Origin: Tubiluchus corallicola
Taxonomy: Eukaryota > Animalia > Priapulida
Direction of reading: 5' to 3'
Assembly: GCA_030141605.1 (NCBI GenBank)
Contig: JAQGDQ010000976.1
Location: 1 to 64,000 of the forward strand
Length of the DNA stretch: 64,000 nucleotides
Shown: positions 36,998-53,244 of the stretch, in pieces
Numbering within the stretch: the stretch's first letter is position 1
Layout: each line of letters begins with the position of its first letter
Translations under genes and position numbers: made by a program
The notes under the pieces: model-generated
Told to the model about the DNA's origin: nothing
Database searches by the model: none
What the model saw: only the letters and a program-made list of their open reading frames with translations

Positions 36998-37625
36998 AAT
37001 TGTCTTTTGCCGACTCGTAAAATTTTGATGGTTCATACTGCATGCCAACCATCTAAACTGATTAAGCGTAAATTTTACTACGTAACTCTTCTATATATGA
37101 AATGGACGCTAATTTTTAGTGGTGTGCCAATGTTACTGGCAAAACTAAGTCCCTGAGACGCCAAGCTTGAAGTGAAAACACATTAAACTTTGCTGCGAAT
37201 GTTTAATTTGGGATCCGACGCGCACCGGCGTTAATAATTCACCCAAGCAAATGCTACATTATTTAGATTAAATTATGAATATTTAATTTTAGGCAGACAT
37301 TTCTGGGCGGTGCTCGGGGAGGTCTTACTGCGAATATTCCTAGTAATTGGATTAAGCAAAGACATCAGCAGCGTGTTATTATTCCGATATGCCTGTAGAA
37401 CGGGTTAATTGAACACTTTATTGTCTCTGAAACCCCTTTCACACACCAATACTTGAAGATAGACATGGCTTCACTTATTCCTATTCTAGCAGGGGTGTGC
37501 GGGTTAGTCAATAAAAACGTCTTCCCTATTCGCAGCACTATGTTCCTTTGCCAGGCTGTCCATTTCAAGTAAATTAGTTTTTTAGTTTTTGTGGTGTGAC
37601 GAAATTACATTATTCGTATTTTTAA

Positions 37626-38203
37626 AGCAAGGCAGGATGATTTTTCATATACTACCCCATTTTCAAGTCCTTTTCTGATAAATAAAACATAGATTAAAAA
37701 CTTAATTAACGGCGGACGAGCCCATCTATTGATGGTATAACAAACTAACATAATTTTTAACAGCAAAACATTCCACGAGCGTGTTGCACGCGTTTGTGAA
37801 AGTGAAAATTGAAGTACAGTGCTACTGTAAGATATTCATTGTGTTGCACTAAAACTAGGCAAATTTTAAGATAAATATCCAAATTTCAAATTTACCGCTT
37901 TACTCATGCATAACCTGTCGAACGTGTGTAGTTCGTCACAAACTAACACATCTGAACTGAGAGGTACAGCACATGTTTTCTGTGCAATGCTTTTCCGAAA
38001 TGCAGGCGCTAGTGCCCGTCTAACTAGCGAATGACGAAATGCATGTAACAGTGAAGAATTAGTGGCGCGAACGCGAAATTGTGTTTGTGTGGTAATAATT
38101 ATTTCACGTAAGTCATTTCTGAAAAAAAATAGTATGTTTCCTTTCAACATTTTAAAGAGCAGATTGTTTTAACCTACAGTTTAAGATTGAGTCCGGTTTT
38201 GTT
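37626..38203 (-). mobile_element. Kolobok-like MITE K1 copy
   Basis: TTAA-flanked; reverse complement of 10732-11286. Confidence 0.8.
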
Positions 38204-38827
38204 TTAACACGTAGCTTAAAGGCTAAATTAGTGATTTGTACAGAAGCTGATAACATGTTACAGTTTTTGTTCCTTTCTTAATTTCATTTTATACGTGATT
38301 GGCATTTTAATTCCAACAAATACCGAAATACTTTTGTAAATAATTATAGAAACTGCATACTTTTTTTACTGAAAAAAATGTGTAGATCTACGAAATTTTA
38401 CATAATACACGCATGTTGAATTAATTTCATAAACGTATAGCTTTTGTGTTATCAATAAATCTGGCATAAAAGACGAATAATTACATTTATAGAAAAATCT
38501 GATGTTCACAAACAAAAATTAAATGCTGGCTTTCTGAATTTCGGCAAAGTTGTAGTACTTTATGTGATTTAAACCACGAATATATTTACCGGCTGTGTAA
38601 TTTTAACTTATCATTTGCTGAAGAAAATAGTATTTGTTCTTAAAACAATTTGGAAAACAAGCAATTAAATTATAAATAATTTAATCATAGATCATAAATA
38701 TTCCTTGATGCTTCGTTTAGCTCCTAAATTGTATCTAGAAAAGTATTTCTTTCGTTCAAGTACATTGATATAGTAAAAACGTCAGTCCTATAATTGGGTC
38801 GTGACTCATTTAAAGCGTTCGTCTTCT

Positions 38828-39232
38828 TTAAAGGACAAGAAAGGGCCACCTGAAGTAGGTTTCAGAAAAATTGCCTTAGAAAAATATATTACTTTACAAC
38901 AATTTTATGCTTATTTCGCACTCGCATTGAAAGGATTTTTTGTTTGTTTTCATTTTAAAACTCCCGCAATACGGATCCGACGGCGCCATTAAATGACGTC
39001 ATATACGCACAACGTAAATCAGGGGAAGAAAAGGCAATGATAAACTGTGCCCCAAAAAACTTGCTTGAAAGACTCATGTAACTAGAAAAGAAAATTATTA
39101 ATTATTTAAAATGTTTTCACCAATTGGTAAAATGTCGCTGCCTCACCCTCCAGGGTGCTTCCACTCACTAACCAAAAACGTATTTTTAATCTTATTGACA
39201 AGATACAGTAATTTAAAGTTTTACTTAGTTAT
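38828..39232 (+). repeat. Interspersed repeat, diverged twin of 43794-44216
   Basis: Collinear shared blocks such as cattttaaa.ctcccgcaatac, tgacgtcat.tacgca and ccctccagggtgc..cactcactaaccaaaaacgtattt; begins ttaaagg like a Kolobok end. Confidence 0.8.
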
Positions 39233-39749
39233 TTACAATGTTCCGCCGCTGTCCAAAGCACATAACGCACGCCAAAAATTGTTTCGTTTTACAATTACAA
39301 GTACAGCTGTAGTTACAATTATATGTATATAGTTTTTTAGGTTATAAAACGATATTGTCAAACATGATTTATGGTGTCACTGTTTTTCTAGTAACAGAGT
39401 GGTGCCCTTTTTATTACTATCTAGTTATATACATAGTTCTACATGACCTATGAAATAAAAGCTACTTTAACATTCACTTTTACTTATATTATGATGCTAT
39501 AAATTATAGCGTAAAGTTTGAATGAGTTTATAACAGACGATAATTACATCACAAGAGTCGTACGATTATTATTTTTACTAAGTACAGTTAGTAATACAAG
39601 TGCCTGACACTTCACTAAAAGTCGAAGAGCATATTTCTAAAGTCAGTATTCGCAGCTCTTAGACGTATTTTTATACTCTATATTGTAACGAAATTTCAAA
39701 CAGTTCAAACAAGGTAAAGACACTCTACAAAGCTATAATCAGACTGATA

Positions 39750-40200
39750 AGCAAAACCGGACCCAATCTTAAACTTTAGGTCAAAACAATCTACTCTTTA
39801 ACGTATTGTAAGGAAACTTACTATTTTCAAGAATGACTTACGCGGAAGAATTATTACCACACAAACACAATTTCACGTTCCGGCCACTAGTTCTTCGTTG
39901 TTACACGCCATTCGTTAGTTAGACGGGCAGTAGAACCTGCATTTTGGAAACGCGTTGCACAAAAACAGGTGCAGTATCTCTTAATTCACATGTGTTTGTT
40001 TGTGACGAACTACACACGTTCGACAACTCATGCGTGGGCACAGCAATAAATTTGAATTTTTATCTTAAAACCTGTCTAGTTTTAGTACAACACACCGAAT
40101 ATACAACAGTAGAACTGTACTTCAATTTTCGCTTTCACAAACACGTGCAACACGCTTATGGAATATTTTTGATGTTGAAAATTATGTTAGTTTATGCTCA
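39750..40200 (+). mobile_element. Kolobok-like MITE K1, truncated copy
   Basis: agcaaaaccggacccaatcttaaac...attatgttagttt is collinear with copy 1. Confidence 0.8.
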
Positions 40201-41531
40201 CATTCGTACATACAATGCCGGAGGTCATCTACTCATTTGACCACCCAACCTTCTCAATATTCCTCCGGATTTACAAAAAAAAAATTCGTGTGATTTACGT
40301 GCATGTTTGAGTTTGTAAGGTATTTTCATACCTGGTTTATAGCCCTGCCCATGACCAAGCTCATCGTCTGAAAGAAAAATAAAATGTAAAAAATTAATAG
40401 GCTTACTATGTATAAAAGTCTATGATTGCATATATACCTACTCTTATACTTCAACAGGCCTATACTAAAATTAGCCTATGCTGATTATCACAAAATGTGG
40501 TAGTTTTACATAAATTTACATTGATAAAATGTGTTGAAATTAGACTATTAGTTACACTGAAAAAATGCAGTTAAGCTAAAGATATAACTGTTTCTATAGT
40601 ACATATACAGTGACACTAAATTAACTGCTTAAATGAACGTTGTAAATATTTTTAAGGTTCACGAGAATTTGTATTAATAAGTTAACCAAACTGACAATTT
40701 ATTTGACAATTTTTTTTATTTTGACAATTTATTTATTATTATTATCACATTCAGTACAATATAATGACATTAAGCACACAGTGACATCAAAATTATTACA
40801 TCATACTGTATTAAATTGTTATGTTTCATACACTATCGTTATCATTAAAACATGAGTTAATAAATCGTACATTGAACAATGGGAAAATGAAATTTTAGTT
40901 TATTACATAATTGTGATTATGGCAAAAAATGAGAACACTGGTATTAAACTGATATTTTCTTGTTTTTGTTTTTGTAAAATATAAAACATCAAATCAGAAT
41001 CAGAAGGCATGGAAAAACAAAAAGATAAATTGAATCAAATTCAATGATCTAAAATTTGGTGCTGCTTTCCTTTAAAATGTAAACCAGTGATATAAATTTC
41101 TCCTCTAGAAAATTATTGAGTTTCATATTTGATACTTTCATTTAAATATTTTTAATATATTTTTGATAAAGATTTCGTAGGTATTAAATTAAAACACAGA
41201 TGTTAAATGATATTTGTGAGCGGCTGCTACTGCAAACTGCTAATTAAATAAATGAACAAATAAATAAAATTACATAAAATAAAGTAAAATTAAATTTAAT
41301 TAAATTAAGTTCTGTAAATAATAAATTAGCGACGGACTCGAACTCGTGTTTTAATGTTAATGTGGAGAAATTTGAGAGGGAAAACTGATAATATTTTCGC
41401 TTGCTTAACTTTTGTATTTCTTTGTATATAATATTTTTTTCTCTATAGGCCTACATTTGCACGCCCAGTAGGTTCGCATTCATTTATCCATGCATAGAAA
41501 TTCCTTGACCGTTGGTCCTAAAGGACATTTT

Positions 41532-41950
41532 TGTTTATGTTTGATAAATTAAATGAAATACTTCTGCCCGAAAACCTTAATATAGCTGCCTTAGGAAATA
41601 ATGATCTGTTGAAGTTGTTATTATTCGGAAAAGATGAATTTAACTATGTTGCTAACTGTAAAATATTCCAATGTATACATGACTTTATATTACGTACTAA
41701 ACGCTTCCAGTAGTTTCTATCTGATATAAAATGCATCAGTCTTAAATATTCGTACATTAATATTTTCTAACCGTCATTTTCTACTAATGTCTAATGTAAT
41801 CTTGTAGTAAAACTTGTTAACTTGTGCAGTTATGGTCAATTCTTACTGTAAATGTTCTTGTAAATAGTGTGTAAAGTCTGTTGTGGTGAGGATCCTAAAT
41901 CATGTTGTTCAAACCGTCTGATCCAATCCTAAATAAATTATGTTTAAACT
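41532..41950 (+). mobile_element. 5'-truncated LINE with an 11-bp TSD
   Basis: LKLLLFGKDEFNYVANCKIFQCIHDFILRTKRFQ* is a LINE ORF2 C-terminus; TSD aaggacatttt at 41521-41531 and 41951-41961. Confidence 0.85.
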
Positions 41951-43793
41951 AAGGACATTTTGTCCTACAGCGGGATATAACTGAACAGAACTGGGACCCT
42001 TAACGTCACTATACCATAAGCACCCATATTCGCATATATGTATGAACTAACGCTACGTTGGATCTGTGACAAGGTATAAGTTCTTTGACAAGGGTCCTGC
42101 GACAGGAAATAACGTCTTTGTCCCACACAGGTAAACCCTACAGGTGACTCCGGCTTAGAAAGAAGTAATTAGACGCTATAGACGTAATAAACCGATTTCA
42201 TTCAAATGTTTTATGGTCTGTAGCCATCTGCTTCATGCTTCTCTGTTCCATGCCTCTCCGCATGCCCTCCGCTTTGCTCATACGTATATTATAACTCCAC
42301 GAACAACGGCAACATCGATAATGGGATTAATAGCAGTGATATAATCATTGATGGGCTAGAAGATGAATTTAGTTTGTGAATGGTAATAAAAGTCGTTTAA
42401 AAAATTGAAAATACATTTTTTCCACCGAGCTGAAAGCTTTGCGTTGCGTAAAAATTCAACATTTTTCCAACAGCAACGGCAAAATGGTGGCGTTAATAAC
42501 AACACAGTCACAATATTTTTACATAGGTTTATTAGTAGGATATTTTACCAATATTTTGAACGTTCTTACACAACATAGGATTCATACATTGCAACGTTTT
42601 GAAAAAGTGCATATAAGAATTATTTTGACTTTCCTTTTTATTTGAAACGGTCTCTCTACATACCAAAGTGTGACAATTTTGACAAAATATATTCTACTAC
42701 AGTTAATGGTTATGTATCGAAAAAGACAAAATTCGAATTGCAAATGGTACAATGTATGCCAAAATTATAATTCAACGTTGCGGGTAGAGGGCAGGCTTAA
42801 ACAAGTATATCGTAGTATATCGCTATATAGTATATCACTCACAAATCGTTTTGTTCTTCACATATTGAAAGTATATTTTACGCAAGATGAAATATCTTTG
42901 CAAACATTTCTAAATACATAGAATTTACATGAGACTGAAAAATATTTTTCTAGACTGCACACTTTAATACCACTGGTTGTGCTTTGGTGGGCATGTCACA
43001 GTTAAATGCTGGATGGGTAGAAAAGAGGGCATCTCTACACCAACCAGGAACGTGATCATCAACCTTCAATTTAAATTTAATTAAAGCTTAGCAAAGGTGA
43101 TATAAAAATCGTATTATTTTTTCAATAGTTCAGTCAGAAAAAATCTTACACGCTTTTTTGCACAATTACACAATTAAGCATTAACAAACTGTTTAAAAGT
43201 TAAGAGAACATTTTTCCATAAGAAAGGCTTAAAAATCTGTCTTTAAATTTTGTGTCACTCACATGCTGTCCTATTGCATACAGGCTTAGCGCCGTATACA
43301 ACTTGTAAATTTAAACTACCGCGATGCTCGTTATAGGCGCGCAGCCATTTTAACGGCAAATCGTGTGAAACAAGTTTAGATAAAATTGTTTAGTTATACT
43401 AATGGTAAACAACATTATAGTTTGAAATAATAATCAAGAGCATTCGTATAGTACGCCAATCACTAACTAAGCAATATAAGTTTAAATTTATTGTCGGTAA
43501 GATCAATAATATGTTTTGTCGAATCAATGGTGCACACTGGGAAGGCGGTACAGTGGTGCATACTGGGATGGTGGTACAGTGACGTTTTAACAGTTGGTAC
43601 GAACATGTTAAATTCTGAAAAAAAAATTTTTTTACAATTACGCAAATCTTTCAAACAGTTAGGCATTTACATTAGTCTTTAAAATAAGTATAAGCGTAAG
43701 CTAAGAAATAATATAACTTTGTTTGGAAAGTTTTTTGGGATATTCTTTAAAATCTCCTCCTTTAGGTCACGTTTCGTGCAATTCAATGTCAAA

Positions 43794-44216
43794 TTTAAAG
43801 AACAAGAAAAGAGATACCTGAAGTAGGATAATCGCTTTAAAGGTTATATTATTTTACAGCAATATTATGCGTGTATCATACTCGCGTTGAAAGGATATTT
43901 TGTTTGTTTTCATTTTAAATCTCCCGCAATACTATTCCGACGGTGCCATTACATGACGTCATCTACGCAAACGTAAATCAGGGGAAGAAAAGACAATGTT
44001 AAATTATGACCCAAAAAACTTTCCATGCAAATTTATATGACTTAGCATTTCACTTACCTGCTGGAAAGACTTGTGTAACTAGAAATAACAATTTAAAATG
44101 TTTGTGCCAATTGGTAAAATGTCGCTGGCCCACCCTCCAGGGTGCGCCACTCACTAACCAAAAACGTATTTGTAATCTTATTGGCAAGATGCAGTAATTT
44201 AATATTTTACTTAGTT
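43794..44216 (+). repeat. Interspersed repeat, twin of 38828-39232
   Basis: See the twin; the adjacent 44250-44350 also matches about 903-1015. Confidence 0.8.
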
Positions 44217-45034
44217 AGTAACATGTATGCTACGAATGCTCTGATTATTTTTTCAAACTTCACGCAATGTTATCTAAACTAGTTTCAAAAGACCTATCAT
44301 TAAAATGGCTGCGCTTAACTGTCATCGTGGGAGTTTTATACAGCGTTACTTCCGACGCAAGTCCTGCATGGAAAAATGAAGTATTTAAGTGGTACAAAAT
44401 TTCAAGAGAAATTTTTAAAACTTTATTTTATTGGAGGGTTTTCTTGTGCTTTAATTTAACTACTTTACACGTGTAACGAGGAAACATATAAAACACAATG
44501 GCTTCATTCAGTCTTAATTATGAGCATTAAAACTGATAACTTTATTATTACGTGACATTTAGCTGATATCAAAACTTGGTTCTATTATTGATTTTTCTGT
44601 TTTTTTGTTTTCTCCATAGTAAGTGAAGTTTGAATTATTTATTAGAAAATTTAATTAATTATTTTCTGCATCCAACCTCCGAATTCAAAGCTAAGCAAAC
44701 CCTCATGCGTGCGTGTATGCACTTAGCATTTTTTCTAGCTTTTCAGTTAATGTGCTGATGCAGACGTGTCATAAATTATGTGAACTATATGCAGCGAGCG
44801 CCAGCACATCTGTCACGTGACCAAGGATTTATGGCTTCACAATTCAGTTCTGGGAAGCCACTGTTTTCCGTGACAGTTCATCGAAAAGTTTTTGTTTGTC
44901 TGTTGCTGTTCAGGGCGCGTGTGTGGCGCCATGAGAAAAATAACAATGCTGAAAATAACTTGATCAAGCCTTGCCTCTTTACACCTGGCTTCTCAGCACT
45001 ACATTTCTAAATCATTGTTTATACCTTCAAACTA

Positions 45035-45476
<442 letters not shown>

Positions 45477-47032
45477 GAAAATTATCCAACAGGAAAATTA
45501 CAAACTCGACGCATACCCGATGGTTTTATCAGCGGGCAGAGCTCGGGTAATGATTTCCAGATCGTACTAACAATTTGACTCAACAGAGCTGCACAAGGTA
45601 TATACACAGATATACAAATTTAGTTGTAAACTCTATGAAGCGAAAAAAACTATTTACTAAGCATTTGTACACACGTGGTAAACAAATATTTTACCTATAT
45701 GATAATCACAGTGATGCGGTTATATGTCCGCTAACAAAGCTGTACTATTTAATTCAAAAATCTATGCATACAGTCGTAAATGAAATTTCCATTTGACATT
45801 ATTTCTCCGTCAAATAAATTTGCAATATTACTATAATTTAACGCGTACAGTGATCTATAAAGTATAAGAATGATCCATATTTGACAAATAAATGTAACTT
45901 CATTCAAATGGAATTTATTGCCGACCGGTTTCGAACAAAACTGTTCATTATCAAGGCATGTAAAACAAAGAAATTTACCAGAATTTAAAAACAACATCGA
46001 AATACATTTCAGTAGTTAGTAGCCAAATGATGTATGATATAATATATAGACAATTGACAATTTACCTTGCAGACTACATATCTTGATTAGTATGAAACTA
46101 CTTAACACTTCACAAACGAACAAACCATTATGTTAGTAGTAAAAGAACTGACAATTTTAGGAAGCTGCCATTTTGTTACTGAATTCCACGAACCACAAAA
46201 GTATCATAATAAGTTTTGATTGTTCATCTGTTCTTCTGACCGCCTTTCTTGTTCGCGAGCTTCTTCAAGCAAAAAGGTTTATAAAAAATACATCATACAG
46301 TTTATTTTCGAGATTTAATTTTAATTTTCTGTAAAAATTATATAAATACTGACTCATTTTATCAATTTCCCTATAAGTTTATTGATAAAAGTTGCTGTAA
46401 ATGCAAGTAAGCAAACTAGGTTTTCTTACGAAAGAAGAAACTTTTTTGAACGATTCAAAATTTTCTGAGTAGCAACCCAACTTAGAATTCTTTGAATTTT
46501 ACAGTCAGCCATGATAGAAGCAAGCGAACATGCAAAACATGTGAGAAAAGACAACCATCCAGTGTTCCTGGTTTTTTCCTGGCAAGCTGGCGCCTATGCA
46601 CAGACGCCCAGCATCTCTATCCGCTTTCCCTTTTCATCCTGTATCGTTTTATTGGGCCAGCAAACATTTTTATGGATGACACTGTTTCATGCAGCTCCTA
46701 GTAGGGAGTTGATGATTTGACGCCTAGCCTACAAAAGCTGTACCTTATTATCCATTCCCAACTCGTCGAAGTTTCGCCCGTAAAATTCAAGTGGGGCGGC
46801 GATTAAATTTAAGGCGATAATAGACGAGGCAGTTGAACAAATTTTAATGGCCGTTTAACACGTTGTTGTGACGTAATCCGGGTGAAAATTTTCAACAGTT
46901 GACGATAACGGCGTGTTAATCACTGACAAACAAGATGGATGTCTCTCTGCTTACTTAAACTGCAGCAAAAGCGTCGAAATAAAAACAAAAAACTGATTTA
47001 ATTAATTTGTTGACATAATTTGTTAATTGAAA

Positions 47033-47232
47033 TAATTTGTTTATTTATTTATAAATGTTGTTCTTTAATTATCCCTGGAACTATTTATATAGTTATTTAA
47101 TTTGTTTATTTATTTATAAATGTTGTTCTTTAATTATTCCTGGAACTATTTATATAGTTATTTAATTTGTTTATTTATTTATAAATGTTGTTCTTTATTT
47201 ATTCCTGTAATTATTTATATAGTTATTTAATT
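47033..47232. repeat. About 64-bp AT-rich tandem repeat x3
   Basis: taatttgtttatttatttataaatgttgttcttta...tatttatatagttatt is repeated. Confidence 0.85.
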
Positions 47233-47699
47233 TCCTCTTTTGTTTTGTATTTATTTCTTTACTTATTTGGTTGCAGTGTTCATTTATTTAAATAATAATT
47301 TGTTCATTCAGTCAATCAGCCAGTCAGTCAGTTAGTCAGCCAGACAATTAGTCATTCCATAAACCTTTCATTCGTTTACATTGTACTGTTTTAGCTGATG
47401 CATTAGGTTGTTACTGCAGTGCTGAAATTGGTTATTTAATGAAAGATAGTAAATTGTTATGAACAGGAATAATTCTCTACGGTACACTTTCTTTTTCATA
47501 AAATTTACAGACATCGTATTTTCAACTATTTAGCATAGACAATGACTAAAACGTTTCACTGTGTAAAGAGCAAACTAAGTCATTTGTAAAAAATTAATGA
47601 CGCTAAAATAGCTGACTTATAAACTACAGCACAAGCAGCAAAAACAAGAAAATGAAAATAAAAACTTCAAAACAAAATTCATTAAGTAAATTCTATTTA

Positions 47700-47968
<269 letters not shown>

Positions 47969-48271
47969 ACTATGGTTAGCAGCTTGGAGAAAAGGCTTAC
48001 TTTGGAATCTTTGGAATCTAATTTATAAGAAAACAAACAAATAAACAAAAATAGTTTACAGATTGTTTGCAGTTCAGATGTAACTATTGTTTCACAAAAA
48101 CGTACCATATTAATGAAGCTAAATGGTATAAAATGGACAGTTAATCTAATTTGGAGTATTTTGTTTGTGTATTCAATTTAGATTATATGTTATGGTTATA
48201 TTACAGCATGAGACATAATACAGAACTATGACAAATAACTAAAAATTTATGATTCTTAATTCCAGTCAAGT

Positions 48272-48408
<137 letters not shown>

Positions 48409-49187
48409 AGTATATGGCACTGGAATTAATTGCGTACTAAAACTTTGGCAATTATGCTTAAGTTGTTAATTTTTAAAGCTGTAGTTTTGAAATATTTTTA
48501 GAATTTAGCTCTAGCTATAATTTTATCCATACACCTGCTACAGATATTCATTCACAAAATGGAATTCTCAGTTTCACATTAAATCGATTATGATTATCAT
48601 AGTCCTATGCCAGTAGTTATACACACATAAGTGATATACAATTAATATAAATTTCAGTTTTAACTACACACAATGTCGTAATACTTTTTATTGTTCAGAA
48701 TTGTAATTATTACCTTGACATACCGATATAAACAACCGTCCTTAGCCTCTGACCTATTTTGTATAGCAGTAGCACTATAGATGTTTTTTATATTTTATTG
48801 GGTAGTCACAATTACAAATCACACAATACACACACCGATTATAAAGATACAATTACACACATACACAGCGCTACATAAAAAACCTATACCACGTTATCAA
48901 GAACACAATTACACAAGTCAAACTCAACAATTTAAACCAAAGACACAACATCAAACCTTGATGCATAAACCCAATGGTGCAACACAAATGTACATAAGCA
49001 CTAAATTCATTTTTTAAAAATTCCATAAGCGTTTTATCCTTAAGTTTGATTGTTGCTGTAATTATGATAACTGTATTATGATGGCCCATACTATATGGTT
49101 TTTGGTCCATACTATAACGAAAATTATGCTCTGGTTAATGATCGCCCTAGCACTCAGCAGCACCAGCATCATCACCACCACCCCCAG

Positions 49188-49720
<533 letters not shown>

Positions 49721-50078
49721 GACTATATACCGGTAAGTAGTATTTTTACAGTTGAACTAAAATCTTTCCCAATTTTCAAGGAATTTATTTTCAAAAAAGG
49801 GAAAAATCATTTACATTTCAGAAAAGATTACAAAACGGTAGCTTATATTAATTCACTAAAAATTTCAGTAGGCGACAATTACCAGAACAGCAAGTAACAA
49901 AACTATTGTGCTGGTTCACTTTGCAAAACACTAACACTATTTACCCACAAAAAAGACGAAACATTTAAGCTGTATTTTTAAACCGGTCCAATTTAACATG
50001 CTAATCCTGCTTTTGTGCGTGAGTGCGTGTATGCGTGCGCGTGCGAATATACATAAGAGAAAACTTAGCTAAACTGAA

Positions 50079-50688
50079 AGGAAGACAGGATGATTTTTCA
50101 TATACTACTCCATTTTCACGTACGGTAAAAAGTATATATTTTAACACAATTAATACTGTAAAAGCACGTTTCTGATAAATAAATAATAGATTAAAAACTT
50201 AATTAGCGGCGGGCGAGCCCAGCTATTGATGGCATCACAAACTAACATAATTTTCAACAACAAAAATAGTCTACAAACGTGTTGCACGTATTTGCAACAA
50301 TAAAAATTGAAGTACAGTGCTACTATAAGATACTCAGTGTTGTAACAAAACTCGACAAGTTCTAAGATAAAAATTCAAATTTCAAATCACTCATGAGCTG
50401 TCGAACGTGTGCAGTTCGTCACAAATGAACAACTCTGAACTGAGAGGTACAGCACCTGTTTTTTGTGCAATGCATTTCCCAAATACAGGCGCTAGTACCT
50501 AGTTAAAGAATGGCGAAATGCATGTAACCGCGAAGAACTAGTGGCGTGAACGCGAAATTGTGCTTGTGTGGTAATAACTCTTTCACGTAAATCATTCTTT
50601 AAAAAAATAGTATGTTTCCTTTCTATACGTTAAAGAGTAGATTGTTTTGACCTTTGACCTACAGTTTAACATGGGGTCCGATTTTGCT
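50079..50688 (-). mobile_element. Kolobok-like MITE K1, near full-length copy
   Basis: aggaagacaggatgattttt ... gggtccgattttgct|TTAA. Confidence 0.8.
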
Positions 50689-51223
50689 TTAACTCTTTAC
50701 CTACGTACACTTGCAAAATGCCGCTAATTGTTTTTCCCGATCTTCCCACTAAATCTCTCAATCTCGGGGATTCGGAAATGACGTGCCGCGTGGCTTCAGT
50801 TTGGTTACATCAAAGTAAGGGCGCCGCGTAGCGGAGTAGAGACGCATTAAAAAGATTACTGTCTTAGTTACTGTTTAACAACGTATTAATGTGACACAGT
50901 CGCATCTAGCAAAACGTCGAGTCTCTTTAACGAATGGAAAAGATTTTGTATTAAATTTGTATAATTTGTATAATCTATATTATAATATAGATTAATTTCT
51001 AGTTACAATTCCGTAGAAAGTTAATAATTTTAAGTGTGGAACAGATACGGTGCTGTGTTGGAAAAAAGATTTTCTTAAAAGTGAAGAAAATTCATTAAGA
51101 AATTCGTCTTAAAATGGCCAAAACAGAATGTAATTAACACTAGTAATTATTGTTTATTATTTGAAAAAAAATCAACGTATTACCTCTAAAAGGAGAAACT
51201 TCCTTATAATTTGAAATTATTTA

Positions 51224-52205
51224 AAGTAAAACAGGATGATTTTTCATATCCTACCCCATTTTGAAATATGGTAAAAGTATACATTTTAAGACCTAATATT
51301 TCAAAAGTATTGAGTGTAACACAGTTTGATAATAGTAATCACCTGCATTCTTTTTCCACAATCTTATCAAAACTTGACTATGCTCAACAGGTTACTGAAC
51401 ACTTTATAATCATGATCACAGTTATTCTTAGTTCTCGCTCCATTTCATCTTTCATTCACTACCCCCCTCACTTTTATGTATATAATATCATTATTTCAAT
51501 TATTAATCATTTCTTTAAGATTTCCACGTACAGTTTGGCCTGTCAAGCTATGCTTTTACGCTCAAACGGTATGCATCAAAATTATTCTGTAATGTAATTT
51601 GCAAATGTATATGCTGCATAAGAATCTCTTCTGTAATTTCTGGATAATATTGCATTTATATTTATATTTACTTCAGTGAAATTATCTGTATTTTTATTAT
51701 AACTGTTAGATGCAGAGTGGAAATAAATAAACTTATAAACTTATAACTAGCATAATGCTAAAATGATTTTGGTAAACAGGTTAAAACAAGCGAACAGCAC
51801 AAACATTCCGTGAGCGTGTTGTAGGTGTTTATGAAATGCGAGAATTGAAGTACAGTGCTACTGTACAACAGTCAGTGTGATATTCACAAACTCGGCAAAT
51901 TTTGAATTCAAAATTCAAATCTTGAACGTGTGCAGTACATCACAATTTAACACTTCTGATCAAAAAGGTACAGCACCTGTTTTTCATACAACTCGCCTCC
52001 GAGATGCAGGAGCTGGTACCCGTCTAACAAGCGAAAGGCGAGATGCAAGCAACAGCGGAGAACTAGCAGCACGAAAGTATTATTACGATCCTTCTTTAAT
52101 AATTCTTTCACGTAATGCATTCTTGAAAAAGTAGTATGTTCCCTTTCAATGTTTTATAGGGTAGAGTATTTTAAACCATAGTTTGATGAGGGATCGGGTT
52201 TCCGT
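51224..52205 (-). mobile_element. Kolobok-like MITE K1, old copy interrupted by a LINE tail
   Basis: K1 end at 51224-51290 and K1 remainder at about 51800-52205, with the insertion between them. Confidence 0.7.
51295..51747 (+). mobile_element. LINE-like 3' tail, copy 1
   Basis: About 450 bp nearly identical to 53245-53697; ends in AATAAA and (acttata)n. Confidence 0.7.
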
Positions 52206-52583
52206 TTAGCTAGATCGAAACAAATAGTTCAATTTACCTTTGAAATCGCAAATGAAAAGAACAGTTATACCTTTCTATCCTGTTTAAAATAAAATGGCTA
52301 TAAAATTAAAACGCAAAAAATTAAAATTAAAATTAAAAAAATTAAAATTAAAAATTAAAACAGCTGATTTTGAAATTGTCGAAAACTAACAGGTCTTTGT
52401 TAATTATTACTTCCAATCTAAATTTGAATATTATCAATTAGAAATAGAACGAAACAACAATAAGTGTTGCAGAATTTTTGCAACCAAACTTAAGTGATAG
52501 CAAGAAAGTGTGAAACTGGTGGTGTGAAAAAGCCTTACTAAACCTGAACTAGGACTGAATTAGGATCTACTATGATCAAAAAA

Positions 52584-52650
52584 GGCTATGAAGTCTAGTG
52601 GTAATGCTTTTGGACTTGCAATCAAAAAAGTTCCTGGTTCAATCCCGACG
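52584..52650 (+). mobile_element. tRNA-like SINE head or tRNA pseudogene
   Basis: gaagtctagtggt (A-box-like), ggacttgcaatc (anticodon-arm-like), ggttcaatccc (B box); acceptor stem not intact. Confidence 0.4.
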
Positions 52651-53244
52651 TTTTCACAATTGCATTTTTTCAATCATTTCTGCTTTCGAAATTTCAGTAA
52701 TAATTTTGGACTGATACCGCCGTTAACGGACTTTTGTTTATTTATTTTTTTTACTAAAACAGATGAAAAAAGTTCAGTTTACGCTTGGCGGTAAAGTAAA
52801 TGTAAAAACGGTTGGGGCAGACGAATGCAACGAAGTGAATCTTTGCAATTCACGTGAACTTACTATGAAATCGATGTGAAACAACATTCAAGCTTTTGCG
52901 TTAACAACATTCAAGCTTTTGCGTTTACTCGCTAGATTCTGTAATTCCGTTTCGTTTGCGTTCGAGTCTCAATCATTGCCGACCGGACGCCATGATTTCA
53001 ACAAGAATTTGCCCGACTTTACTTCCTGACGAATTGGAGACGTACGGCCAGGACTCGTACTAATTAAATTCGATTTGTGTGTCAGTTGAAGAAGAGCCCT
53101 AATATTTCCAGAACGGAAATATATATATATATAGTCACGGATGTTGGGATAAGTAGACAATTAGCAATGGAATATGGAATGGACTAAGCCGCAATTGAAA
53201 ATGTAGTCACTCCCTTTCAACTTTAAAAAAACCGTCAGAAAATA

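Noticed and set aside
50689-51024. piggyBac-like MITE between TTAA sites
   Set aside because: Terminal inverted similarity is too weak to support.
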